NCBI GenBank assembly: GCA_022813865.1
Contig: JALDZX010000053.1
Location: 1-64,000, forward strand
Length of the DNA: 64,000 nt
Source of the DNA: Xylographa opegraphella
Taxonomy: Eukaryota
Direction: 5' to 3'
Below, one piece after another: positions 52,917 to 64,000 of the stretch. The notes under the pieces are model-generated. The model was not told where the DNA came from. It did no database searches and saw only the letters and a program-made list of their open reading frames with translations. A program made the position numbers and the translations under genes. Position 1 is the first letter of the stretch. Every line of letters begins with the position of its first letter.

Positions 52917-54020
52917 GATATGCTTGAGGTAAATGCCACTTTGAACAGGTTAACAGATGGAATCCCGTGTCATGTCAGAGAAGCGCAATGTTACTTTGAT
53001 GGTATAAGTTTAGCTAGCAGGTCCACCTAATTAATCATAAAACCCCAATGCGAGCACGGTCGAGCGCATTGAATGCACATTCACAGCTGATCCTGGAGAG
53101 TATTGCAATACAGACTTGGTATTTATCGATAACAGCTCGGGCGAGCTGTGGTTGGGAAGTGTTTGATTTGCGACAAACAAGGATACCTTAGCTATGTAAT
53201 GTCAGGTACCTCTGCTTACACGTAGCTGCCAGACGACAATCGCCTAGTAAGTGGATAAGGGAAAGTCCAAGAGCGACATGTTGTGATGAGGTTGTGATGG
53301 AAACAGTTGCAACCCGGCAGTCCATGAGGAGTGATTGCGATCGCGATCAGCTGATGCAGCTAGTCCGTATTGAGTTCACGCGACAGACACATACAACCAC
53401 CAAATAACTAGGCCCGAGATAGAGAAAGTTTACTACGGGATGGTTGGATGAAGGATTTAATGAGTGACTGAAATATCCTGTCATGTCCTGTCTATGTCAG
53501 CCACTGGTGGAAATGGTTCGGCAATTTCTTTTACCTGATTGAACAATGTGGTTCAGATTCCGCCTCTCGTCTGCATAGCTCGAGATACCGCTTTTATAAC
53601 ATATTTCTGGAGGCCCAGATTTCCTCGAATGAAGGAGCACACAAATGTTGACACCCGATCAGAATCCTTTCACTGGCCGTTGGGCATGTTTGATGTTCAA
53701 AATGCAGGGTCCACGATCATGAAGTTATTGAAGGACGTCTTTGCTTTACTTTATTCAAGCAAACACTGCTTAAAAGCCGGATAGAAGTCGCAACCACGCC
53801 GTGTCATTGCCAGAGCCATGGTTAATTCTGGACTGCCATGAGTTTGTATCACATAAATCCGACCTTCTTCATGTTCTCGGCTACCGCTTCCTGAACCTGC
53901 ATGAAACCAGAAGCGGAACATGGGTCAGCTCCCATTTAGGTTTTAATATTCATTTAGTATTCTGAACAGCAGGAGATACAAGAAGGGTATATACAACAAC
54001 CACAGAGCGTCTAGATGCCA

Positions 54021-54795
54021 TTATCCGATCTTGGTAACGCCATCATCTCCGACCTGACAACACAATTGATTGTCAGTGGACGGGAGGACAGACAGAAAAA
54101 CAGAACAGAAGCGGTCATCGTGGAAAGCAGAAGGTAGCCTAGTCAATGGCTCACAAACCAGAGAATCTCTAGATGTCCGCAGTTTTTTTTGGATCTCTTA
54201 CCTCCATATCTTCCAACGAATCTTGCTGGCTGATGAACTTTAACACATTTTTCTTACTACTCTCCTGCATCTCCCCAGCCAGTAACAGTTCATCGAGTAT
54301 GAAGTATGCTTTTTGAAAATTGAAGATGATATCCAGTTCGCAAACATTTCCATAGTACTTGTCCATCTGTTCGACATAACGATGCACTATCTCAAGAGTG
54401 ACCAGTTCATTATCTGTCGAGGAGCAACCTGCAATGAAGAAAAGTGAAGCGTATCTACGGTAGACAACCTTGGTGTCTGGGAAAGTTCTTTAGCTGAGTA
54501 TTCCAATGACAGTCGAGAGCTAAACCTTTGTATTCAAGGAAATTACACATCCGCGTTCTCCGAGATAGTACCAACTGCGACACGTCCTTGATTATTTTTG
54601 CCTTGTCTTTCGGAGAAAGTGTGGTAAACCATTTTGCGAGTCGCTGAAATATTAGTTGGCTTTGACAACCAAGAAGTGGGAGAACCACAGGACTCGTAAC
54701 ATACCACTTTGCCTTGCCGAGAAAGAAGAATGAGGTAGCTGTTACTTATGAGCTATAGTTTGACGAACAGCAGATCCATCTTACTTGATAGCCAT
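54021..54795 (-). CDS. APS1: AP-1 adaptor complex sigma subunit
   Basis: [50 protein letters not shown]. Confidence 0.93.
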
Positions 54796-55246
54796 TCTCT
54801 CAAGATCTGAGCAGCCGGCTTAGTTGTCAGAGAGCAGTATGAAGCAGGCCGTAAAGGTGATAGGACCGGCAAATACTCGGCAAAACCTGCCCCACCAAAA
54901 ATAATGCAACGAAGTCACAGCACACTACCATACTTACAGTAGTTAGTACCACAGTACTGCAGTAGTCCTAGAGCATATAGGGGTAGTAAACCCGACGCCA
55001 TTACTCCGTAATGCGTACCTACCTTAGGTACTCCGTACGGTACCCTGAGGTACCTTACCTTATGAAAGCTTGCACGTGACTATCGTTAGCAGTTGTGAGA
55101 ACCCTTCTTAGGCGCGATTCGCTCAAGGTAGACATTAACATTGTTGAGGACTACGAAGTCTGGGTGAAGAAGGCATTGTTCTATTGTACTCCGTAGAGAA
55201 GGTCCATTTAACCCTGGGCTCAAGGATCGTTGTTTTGGTACGAGGC

Positions 55247-56246
55247 ATGGCACAAATGACGAAGCTCATACTATCTACATCGTAAGCTCTCACGCTGAAG
55301 TCTGTGAGCTGGATTGTGGATTGACATCTCCAGCAATATCATGAACGGAGGCCCATCCATCATACGGCGTCCTACTTCAGAGAAGTCCAACACTGAGCTC
55401 ACCAACTCCTTACGCGCAAACTTTCTTGCATCACAACTAGCCGTCACCAGTAGCAATGGCGATGGTCTTTCCAATGGTGATCATTCAAATGGTCTGCAAT
55501 CTTCGCATGCTACACATCACTCGAAGTGGACGTCACGGGACGGCGACACAATATATATTCCCACAATTGACTTTGCCATATCCGGCTTGTTTGAAGAGAG
55601 ATCCGAGTATGATATCACAGTCAAGCTTTTCTTCCTCCCAAGCACGAGGACTTCAGAAAGTAGCTTGCATACTCAAGAAGCGATATCTCTTGTTCTTCGG
55701 GAACTCCATGTGCCTTCGATAGATCTGTTGATAGTATCCTTTCAAGGCGTGTCATTCGATGCGGACGATGACGAAGATGAGGACATCGAAGGCGATCAGA
55801 ATCAAGAGACAGAGCATCTCAATGATATGATCGAAACATGGCGAGCACTGGAAAAGCTACACACGAAGGGAGTGGTGGCACAAATTGGACTGGCAGAGTT
55901 TGGTTCCGAGCGGCTTAAGAAATTTCTTCCTAGCACTACCGTCCGCCCATCAGTCGATCAGATAAACGTGCGCGATTGCTGCGTTGTACCGAAGTCGCTT
56001 ATTCTATACGCCAAGCAAGAAAAGATTGAGTTACTAACTCACAACGACTGTACAAATATCTTACCCAAAGGAACGGTCAGAGAGCTGCTTGGCAGCGGTG
56101 ATCAGGTAGCTCGTTTACTTGCTGGATCAGACGAGCTGTCTGGAGAAATTGAGCCGCAATGGGTGGTCAAATATACTGCTGTCGTTCGCGACCGGGGCGT
56201 GATAGAAAACAAAGGATACTTTGCTATGGCCGAGCTCCGGCCATAG
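55247..56246 (+). CDS. GCLM: Glutamate-cysteine ligase modifier (regulatory) subunit
   Basis: KLILSTS/NIM; YDITVKLFF; IDLLIVSF; IGLAEF; DQINVRDCCVVP; LLTHND; WVVKYTAVVRDRGVIENKGY. Confidence 0.9.
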
Positions 56247-56437
56247 AGCGAGGACTGCTTGCGGGTTTCCTTGCTTGAGTCGGTAGAACTGGGGATGATT
56301 TAGCGTGGCGTTTGAGGCTTTGACATATCCTGTACAATAGGCAGATCTGGATACATACTTCAATTTCCAGTAAGCAATGTCCGTAAAAACTGTCGCTTCA
56401 CAAAGCAATGTTTCTTCTTAAGAGTCTTCACATCCAA

Positions 56438-57373
56438 TTATCCAAGCATACTTCGCTTTCTTCCTCTCATCCTGACATCTTCGAGTCTCCTTAACACCAC
56501 AGGAGCACCCTTGTGACTCAAGCCGTACGCTTCGAGGACTTTGTTGAACAGCTTCTCCGCGGTAGGATGAGTACTCCCGAATGCCCTCTCCAGCACGTAT
56601 AGATCGACCGCCTTATCTTCGTCCTGCACGCTCTGGGTAGCGAGTCCAAAGTCGATGAGCACAACATCGCTGTCGAGAGAAGTCCCGGTTGACGTGAGTG
56701 TCCGAGAATCCCCATTTCCAAGTCCCACCTGTTGTTTCGTGTTGCGTAGCATTAAGTTGCTGGTAGTGAGATCGCCGTGGATGACCCCAATCTCATGCAT
56801 CCGGCCTATAGCACACCCAATTCTCCTCATAAGCTCAACAGCGACGTCCTCGGACTGTGCTTTCGTCGTATCACGCCATTCGAACCCGTCTTTGAGGGAA
56901 GCATTCTTCGCCCTTAGCCAACGATTCAGAGAATTTCTAACAGTGTCACCCTCTATCCACTCCATCATCATCCATCCTCCACTCCTTCTATCAGTCCGGC
57001 CCGCAACTTCGCCGCCTTCCCAGTCCAGTCCCAAGATAGCCGGAACACTCACTCCTTCACGCCGACACCGAACCAATGTTCTAGCCTCACTCAAAATCCG
57101 ATGCCTTGTCAATCGAACGTCTAAAGCTGGATGGCGCCATGACTTTGATGGCCGATATTTCAGGGCACAGATATGGGAAGATGTCAAAAAATGGGTCCGG
57201 TAAAGAATCGCTTCGGCGCCTTGCGTAATAAGACGCGGAGGGTCCTGAATATAGTTAAAGGTAGGGGGCAAAATGTCGAGCGGTGTCGAAAGTCTTGTCG
57301 GACAGGGAACGAGATCGGGAGATATAGACGATTCGTCCATGGTCGGTTGGACGCTCTGCCAGGTGGTTTGCAT
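56438..57373 (-). CDS. BUD32: KEOPS complex atypical kinase Bud32
   Basis: QGAEA; LKYRPSK.WRHP.LD; HGDLTTSN; IDFGL; EDKAVDLYVLERAF; RGRKRSMLG. Confidence 0.96.
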   Translation of the reverse strand: MQTTWQSVQPTMDESSISPDLVPCPTRLSTPLDILPPTFNYIQDPPRLITQGAEAILYRTHFLTSSHICALKYRPSKSWRHPALDVRLTRHRILSEARTLVRCRREGVSVPAILGLDWEGGEVAGRTDRRSGGWMMMEWIEGDTVRNSLNRWLRAKNASLKDGFEWRDTTKAQSEDVAVELMRRIGCAIGRMHEIGVIHGDLTTSNLMLRNTKQQVGLGNGDSRTLTSTGTSLDSDVVLIDFGLATQSVQDEDKAVDLYVLERAFGSTHPTAEKLFNKVLEAYGLSHKGAPVVLRRLEDVRMRGRKRSMLG

Positions 57374-57842
57374 CAGATATCACTAACCGGTAGAGGTCTC
57401 ACTGGCTGAGATGGTTGAAAGCTAGGCTTCAGTCTACAGTATATCTCGGCCCAGGGTACTGTGCCCAGAGAAGTGCCGAGAATTGGAGCGATCATTTATT
57501 TAATGGCTGTTGTGTTTCATTTGTACTCCGTGTCACTCATGCCACGTGAACCCTACTGCCTTTCCCTGAAGCCCTTACAATCAATTCCAATATTTACGGT
57601 CCGGAGCCTGAAAATCTACTCTTGTGTAAGTGCGAGTCAATGGAGAGTTCACCGTGTCATTTGGTTCAAGGTAGGTACCAAAAAAGATAATTCTGGAGCA
57701 ATCCCCCGTGCCTAGGGAGAGTCCACGGTCAGAGTCCAGATTAGGCCTGATCGAGATCTTTACAGGCATTATATTTTTATATATTATGTATTTTAATGAA
57801 TTGATGATTAATTTTGATAATTTTCCCGCGCTGTATCGTGTA

Positions 57843-58025
57843 TGTGACGATTATGACATCAGTCACGAGTAATAGGGGTAGGGCTGGATCAGGACTAGCA
57901 CCTTGAGTATATAGTCTTGCCCATGGAGCAGCCTCATCGCTTCTCCATCTTAATCTGGGTTGAAATCGTCCACCTAAAGCTTACGTTCTAGGCGTGCTTG
58001 TGTGGTGAGTTGATGAGCCGTAACA
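57843..58025. mobile_element. Solo LTR (183 bp), family 2
   Basis: TGTGACG...CGTAACA termini, perfect 5-bp TSD GTGTA (57838-57842 and 58026-58030), internal TATATA. Confidence 0.85.
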
Positions 58026-58351
58026 GTGTATACATTTGCGCTGTATTGTATATATATATAATATAAATAAGTTGTTATTTTATATATATTATTTTAATAA
58101 TTATATAAAGTTTTAATTAATAACGAATAATAATCTCAATCGCTTTCGCGATTGCGACGATTGTTTTTCGCAATCGATTTATGGCTATTTCTAGATACTG
58201 ATCTGTTCAATTTTTTTTTTGGCTTTTTTCGATATCTTTTGCTCTCGATTATCGCCTCGAATTTTGTTTGAATTCTAAAAAAAGTAAGTTTCGTTGGGTT
58301 AAGCGATAAAGGGTTGGCGAAGAAAATTTTAGCGAAAAAAAGCCAGCGAAG

Positions 58352-58653
58352 TGTTACGATCCTGCCTCTCACTAGTATAGTTCGATTAGGGATCTGGGTT
58401 GGATTCGTCAATGAGTNNNNNNNNNNNNNNNNNNNNNNNNNNNNNNNNNNNNNNNNNNNNNCTTCGTACAGTATTGTATTGAAGCCTAGTAGTCTAAGAT
58501 CATAACATGAGTTGAACACGCCTTCCATAACATAGGAAACCCTCCACTCTATATAGAAGCCCTGTTCATGGGTGGTCCTGTGCCAAGACATAGAACCACC
58601 GGAGATAGGTTCCCCCGATCCCCTCCTACCCTGTTAGGGTGAGAACCTTAACA
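58352..58653 (-). mobile_element. Solo LTR (~302 bp), family 1
   Basis: TGTTA...TAACA termini, perfect 5-bp TSD CGAAG (58347-58351 and 58654-58658), homologous copy at 370-590. Confidence 0.9.
58417..58461. other. Assembly gap (45 N)
   Basis: N run inside the LTR; the homologous interval in the copy at 479-526 is 48 bp. Confidence 0.99.
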
Positions 58654-59254
58654 CGAAGCCAGCGCAGCGTTATTTAACAAAATATTAAACACGAAAATTA
58701 AATTTGAATACTACGATATAACAAAATCGCAGAATAGCTTAAAATTCTTTTAGAAAAAAGATATATTAATTTGATTGTAACATTTATATTCAAATAATAC
58801 GTGTAAAGACCTCGATTGCGCTTAGTCTGGACTCTGACTGTGGACTTTCTCGAGGCACGGGGGTGCAATAATCAAGAGACTGCCGATCGCATTGTAACCA
58901 ATTCAGAGCAACAGCACGACGAGATCTAGCCAGAAGCGAGATCCAGACTCAATAATGCCACTATACCTGGGTCACAGGGGAAGAAAAATATAAGGTACGG
59001 TAAGGTAATGATGGATCCGGCGCATCGACACGAGACCCGTCTCCGTCAAGGTCTATTTTTCGACTTTCCTGATCGGGACTCTTGAACATGTCCGAGGTGG
59101 ACAAATAGAAACGCCCCCACCCCCGCTATCTTTCGCCGCCTCCGCCCTGTCTCAACGGCATGGCGTCACTGTGGAAGAGGGATAGAGATTATTTACATCA
59201 TGTTCCAGTCAAAGCATTCAGATACAACAAATCGTCTTTCACTTGCACGCCAGG

Positions 59255-60328
59255 ATGCCGTCTACAGAAGACATCGATACCACGGGGGTCTCCCGCTACT
59301 CTATTCCAGACTTCAAATTCCTCGACGGGACAACTCTAACGGTCGAGGTCGCATACCGTTCCTTCAACCCGTCGGCCGCGAAAGTTGTCTGCATTCCTAC
59401 ATGCTATGGCGGACGCATCAACAGTACGCTCAATTTCACGAGTGGCGCCTTGAAAGATTACCACGTTGTCGTTGTAGCAATGCTGGGCAATGGCGAATCT
59501 ACCAGTCCCTCAAATACTCCTGAAGGTCAATTCCCTCAATTGGACTACCAGGATGTCGTCAAATCACAATACCAGCTTCTTACACATCATCTTGCCGTAA
59601 AGGAACTGGAGGCCGTTATAGGATTCTCTATGGGTGCACAGCAGGCTTTCTATTGGGCGTGCATGTATCCGGACTTCATGAAAGTATCCATACCAATCTG
59701 TGGGTCTGCAAAGACGAGCCCCCACAATTGGGCATTCTTAGAAGGGCCGAAGAGCGCCCTCCTGAACAGTGTTGACTATGCGGATGGCACGTATAGAGCC
59801 AAAGGGGTTAACCCTATCAGGGGTCTTCATGCCTTCGGGCGGGCTTATTGCGCCTGGGCAATGAGCGCAGCATGGTTTCGGGAGAAGATCTGGCAGAAGG
59901 AACTTGGCTTCGAAACGGTGGATAAATTCATGATAGCAGAGTGGGAACGATCCTTTGAATCGTGGGATCCTGAGGACTTGTTAGTATTGGCACGCATGTG
60001 GCAAGCGGCAGACATTGGTGTTCTGAGGAAAGATGGCGACTACACCAAAGCGCTGGAGGACGTGAAGGCCAGGGTACTGGTAATGCCTGCGAGGACCGAT
60101 CAATATTTCCCGTAAGTTCACCATATGCGTACTCAGAGAGACATCTTGCTGACCGCCGTTGCCATCTTCAGGCCAGAGGACAGCGAAATCGAGGTGAAGC
60201 ATTTGAAATACGGAGAGTTAGCTGTATTGGAAACCATTTGGGGTCACATCGGTGGTGGGGGTGCGAATGAGGCAGACACTGAATGGATGGATGGGAAGAT
60301 AGCGGCCTTTCTAGGACTAAAACAGTAG
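59255..60328 (+). CDS. Homoserine O-acetyltransferase-like alpha/beta hydrolase
   Basis: IPTCYGG; MLGNGESTSPSN; nucleophile elbow GFSMG; TDQYFP; WGHIGG. One intron. Confidence 0.88.
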
Positions 60329-60574
60329 ATCCGAGATATATAATACCTCTAAACTAGACTAGACTAGCAGGGAGCTGCCGTGGAATCCAGACAGCCTACC
60401 TGGGTCGCCTAGGAACTTTGTAGATGTCGGTTTTGCCCAGATAGCAAATTGGACCTGGCAGAAGTTGGTTTTTCGAACTCCTACGCACGTCCAAATCAGC
60501 TCTTCAGGCACTCTTGTTGCTTTGGTTTACTAAGCCCCACGACTGGAACATAAAGTCAATTTGATCAGTCAGAA

Positions 60575-61225
60575 ATGTCCGCTCCTCCCCGCTTGAGCAC
60601 TCCTCCATCCACCCGCCGCCTACTCAACGAGCTCCGGTCTTATTCCAAGGAGCTCAATCCGATCCTTCTGCAGCTTGGGCCAGTCAGTGAATCACAGATT
60701 CTCCATTGGGAGGCTGTTATGAAGGGCGTGCCCGGAAGCGCATACGAAGGTGAGCGGTATCGACTGTGCCAGCTGCCCTCGGTCCATTAGGGCAACCCGC
60801 CATGCGTTCGAAGAGCTGAAAAGATGACTTTTAACGCCTTACAGAAGGTCTGTGGAAACTTGACATTGTGATACCAGAGAACTATCCCCTTGCACCACCT
60901 CAAATCACGTTTCTGACGCCGATATGCCATCCGAATGTCCATTTCAAGGTAGCTAGCACTCTTAGGCCTTGGTCACCCACTGGTCAGCGACTGAGTCAAT
61001 GCGGTCTAGACTGGCGAGATATGCCTTGACCTACTTACGAACGCCTGGACAGGCGCCTATACTATATCTTCGACCTTGTCAGCTATACATCAACTGTTGA
61101 CTTATCCGGAGTCTGACAGCCCACTGAACGTCGATGTCGCGGCGATGTTTAGAATGGGTGATCTTATTGGAGCGGAGGGGCTTATAAGATGGTGTTGCGG
61201 AGAATGGAAATGGGATGGCAGATGA
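60575..61225 (+). CDS. PEX4: Ubiquitin-conjugating enzyme E2, Pex4-like
   Basis: RRLLNEL; WEAVMKG; YPLAPP...TPICHPNVHFK/TGEICLDLL; PESDSPLNVDVA. Confidence 0.85.
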
Positions 61226-61355
61226 CGGCCGGATATGTTGATCTACAAGCAATTTGAGCCTGGCGCGTGATACCTGATTAATACAGCAATTTGAGCGGTA
61301 TGAGATTCTGGTCTCCTGAGGTATTTGGGGAGAACTTTAGGCCTGTACCGGATAT

Positions 61356-62657
61356 CTAATCAAACGGCACTCTCCTGAAGATCTCTCCCTCTCCCTGCTT
61401 CTTCGCTTGCTGTGCGGCAGCAATCGTGCTCGGTATCTTGATGCCGCAACAATCTCCCCAAGCATCTTCATCCCGGTGGACATGGTTTGATAAGTCGATA
61501 TGACCCACACTCTCTACTTCAGACCCCGGGACATTTTCTACTTTTTGCTGCTCCAACCCCATACCATCTACCGCTGGTATCAGACTCCCAAATAAGAAAT
61601 GCTGCATGACCGGCAGTTTCCCTAGGACTTCTCTTACGAACATTCTGCGCATGCCTTGTTCTATCTTTTCCCAATTCTTGGCTCCAGAGATATCATCCAG
61701 CATCGGCTGAGTCCATTTGAGTCCTTTGACACTTTTGGTCGCTATTGTATATCGAACCATATCCAGGTATATGTACTCGTCGCCCTCTTCTTCAAGAACA
61801 ATTTCATTGTGGACACTCAGTGGTCGAATATATGGATGTTTTAGTAACTGCGAAGCCCCAAAGAGAAAAGGAAGGAAGTGATAGTCATCGAGACCCCATA
61901 CGCCATGAGAGCCGGCGGGCTCGAGGTAGTACGTGGATTGAATCGTCCGGAGAAGATGAATATATCTCGGGAAGACAAGCAAAGTCAGAGCAGGGAAAGT
62001 TGATGGCGAAAGCAGGGAGAGCCGATTCAGGCATAGCAGCCACAGGATAAAATTGAGCTCGTGGCCCGAGCCATAATCTAGACGAGCGCGGGATCCCAGC
62101 GAATGCTGTAGATAACTCGATGCCTCCTGCATAGCTTCTTGACTAGGCCCTCCCAACCCTTCATGATACTGGCTAAGGCAAGCTGAAACTGCATCAAAGA
62201 AATCCCGGAATGCAGGATTTCCAAACCGGGAAGCACCTTGGTCTATAGGTGGGTTACGCTCAACTTGAGTAGAAATGGACGATAGTATAGTCATTATATG
62301 CTGGATTATTGGCGGTTGGGTATTAAGGGTTATAGCGGAAATCTTGGTATTGGCGCAGGCTTCGGAAAGTGAGAACACAAATGCCAGGACGAGTGAATAG
62401 CAGGGAGATTTGAGAAACAGTCTGTGGTCACAAGGAGATACCACTCTTTTCGAAGGCTTACGAAACGAGGTTGTATCAATATTTGAAGGAAGTGAAAGAG
62501 GGGGTGTCTCTTGTACTGGTAGAGGGTTTTGTGGAGGTGTCCGCCGTTTTGGGGGAACCAGAGCCGGCAGACCATTTGACGGTCTTGACAGGGTGCTGTC
62601 GGCGGCAGTAGAAGCAGCACGTGTGGACAGAGTACTTGTAAGTGCTTCCGAAGGCAT
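61356..62657 (-). CDS. RRD2: PP2A activator (PTPA), Rrd2-like
   Basis: SRFGNPAFR; RLDYGSGHELNF; YYLEPAGSHGVWGLDDYHFLPF; EVLGKLPVMQHF; GDCCGIKIPS. Confidence 0.92.
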   Translation of the reverse strand: MPSEALTSTLSTRAASTAADSTLSRPSNGLPALVPPKRRTPPQNPLPVQETPPLSLPSNIDTTSFRKPSKRVVSPCDHRLFLKSPCYSLVLAFVFSLSEACANTKISAITLNTQPPIIQHIMTILSSISTQVERNPPIDQGASRFGNPAFRDFFDAVSACLSQYHEGLGGPSQEAMQEASSYLQHSLGSRARLDYGSGHELNFILWLLCLNRLSLLSPSTFPALTLLVFPRYIHLLRTIQSTYYLEPAGSHGVWGLDDYHFLPFLFGASQLLKHPYIRPLSVHNEIVLEEEGDEYIYLDMVRYTIATKSVKGLKWTQPMLDDISGAKNWEKIEQGMRRMFVREVLGKLPVMQHFLFGSLIPAVDGMGLEQQKVENVPGSEVESVGHIDLSNHVHRDEDAWGDCCGIKIPSTIAAAQQAKKQGEGEIFRRVPFD

Positions 62658-63015
62658 GATCGTGGGATATAAGCCGAGGTTTCTTCGAAATATGTGCTCT
62701 GTAGTCTAGGTTTTCGAATGGCAGATGAAGGCAGATTGAAGGCAGACGCTCGGACCTACTTTAGCCTACTAGAAGCTACCTATCTTAGCGTAGCACTTAG
62801 ATAGTCCTAGCTCGCCCAAAAGCAAGCGAGGAACGTCCCGCATTGGTTGGAACTCGGAAGTAATCAAAGCTGTTTGATCGGACACCATAAGGTAACTCGC
62901 TGCGAAGGATAGACACTACACAACCGTAGAGAACCTCCAAAGGTATCTCCAGTAGTCTGACTGGAGTATTGCTGCTCCATATATTCACTCCATTGAAACT
63001 TCGAGCATTCCAAGC

Positions 63016-64000
63016 ATGGCGTCTTTGGAGGATCGTGTCACAACACCCACCGAGGTGCCAGCTTCCGAAACCAAAGTGGACTGGGCCGAGGAGAATAGTC
63101 AACTCGATGGTGCTACGGAATTCAATGCAGGAAGCGCAATGACGGAGCCAGAGTACGATGTGGAGGTGAAGCTCATCGATCAGAACTCTCCACTATACTC
63201 TATAAAATCTTTCGAGGAGCTAGGCTTGTTGGTGTCCCGGGGAAGTCTCCTTTAGTTTATACTGACTATCTTGCAAGATCAGAGGCAATTATTAAAGGGA
63301 TCTATACCATGAGATTCCAGCGACCTTCCAAGATCCAAGAAAAGGCACTACCATTGCTACTCAGTAATCCGGCTCAGAACATGATCGGTCAGTCGCAATC
63401 AGGTACTGGAAAAACAGCAGCATTCGTTCTCAACATACTTTCGAGACTGGATCTTTCAACCTTACAATCTCAAAAATCTCCTCAAGCCATGGTACTAGCG
63501 CCCACCCGTGAGCTTGCTCGACAGATTATAGGGGTAATCCAGGTCATGGGAAGTTTCATTGATGGACTTCACGTCTGTGCTGCGATACCAGCTGAAGCAT
63601 CAAAGCGAAACCAGAAGATAGAAGGTGCTGTTGTTGTTGGTACGCCTGGAACAACTATGGATCTCATCAAGAAACGCCTTTTAGATCCATCGAACATCAA
63701 AGTACTTGTGCTAGACGAAGCCGATAATATGCTTGATCAACAAGGTATGGGCGAGCAGTGCATGCGTGTAAAAATGTTTGTTCACTTGAAACTCCTTTCT
63801 GATGCCGTGCTGATCCCGCAAAAAAGGATGTTACGGAAGGATACGATTCAGATTGTACTCTTCTCTGCCACTTTTCCCGACAAAGTTGTAGACTATGCCC
63901 AGAAATTCGCACCCCATGCCAATCAGATAACTTTGCGCCACGATGAGCTTACGGTTGAAGGAATCAAACAGCTGTACATGGATTGCGCGTCCGAACAAGA
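63016..64000 (+). CDS. DBP5: DEAD-box RNA helicase Dbp5 (5' part, runs off the window)
   Basis: [59 protein letters not shown]. Confidence 0.95.

Larger units (their letters stand above)
57703..58864. mobile_element. Non-autonomous AT-rich TIR DNA element (MITE-like) hosting two solo LTRs
   Basis: About 60-bp imperfect TIRs: CCCCCGTGCCTAGGGAGAGTCCACGGTCAGAGTCCAGATTAGGC...TCTTTACA (from 57703) and its inverted counterpart at 58802-58863. GCAAT occurs on both flanks (57698-57702, 58865-58869). No transposase ORF. Confidence 0.85.

Noticed and set aside
53283..53354. Possible box C/D snoRNA (GTGATGA...CTGA)
   Set aside because: No terminal stem and no recognisable rRNA-complementary guide; it lies in the MAF1 upstream region.

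Overview
Gene-dense, intron-containing DNA from a filamentous ascomycete (Pezizomycotina; GT-AG introns with CTRAC/CTRAY branch points). It holds about 22 intact genes, mostly housekeeping: TKL1, SPE3, a RhoGAP, TIM9, SFA1, a ubiquitin-like/AN1 zinc-finger fusion, a sedolisin, GPI11, PEX29-like, PGC1-like, a DsbA/FrnE-like gene, a DYRK/Pom1 kinase, a ZIP transporter, NOP16, a golgin-like coiled coil, MAF1, APS1, GCLM, BUD32, a homoserine-acetyltransferase-like hydrolase, PEX4, RRD2 and the 5' part of DBP5. There are also two GPI-type surface proteins. Less ordinary content: (1) a tandem pair of divergent protein-kinase genes (9.2-14.9 kb), each with a SAP-like helix-extension-helix module inserted between helix alphaE and the catalytic loop; one copy is decayed and the other has a frameshift that a candidate intron could rescue, plus a near-perfect (GSGAG)x11 linker; (2) an AT-rich non-autonomous TIR element (57.7-58.9 kb) containing two different solo LTRs with perfect 5-bp TSDs, and a related TIR end plus the same LTR family at the window start; (3) recurrent palindromic AGGTA/TACCT islands upstream of many genes, including an exact 12-mer seen three times and a 117-bp nested fold-back. 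Exon structures were read by eye and family calls come from recalled motifs, not database searches.
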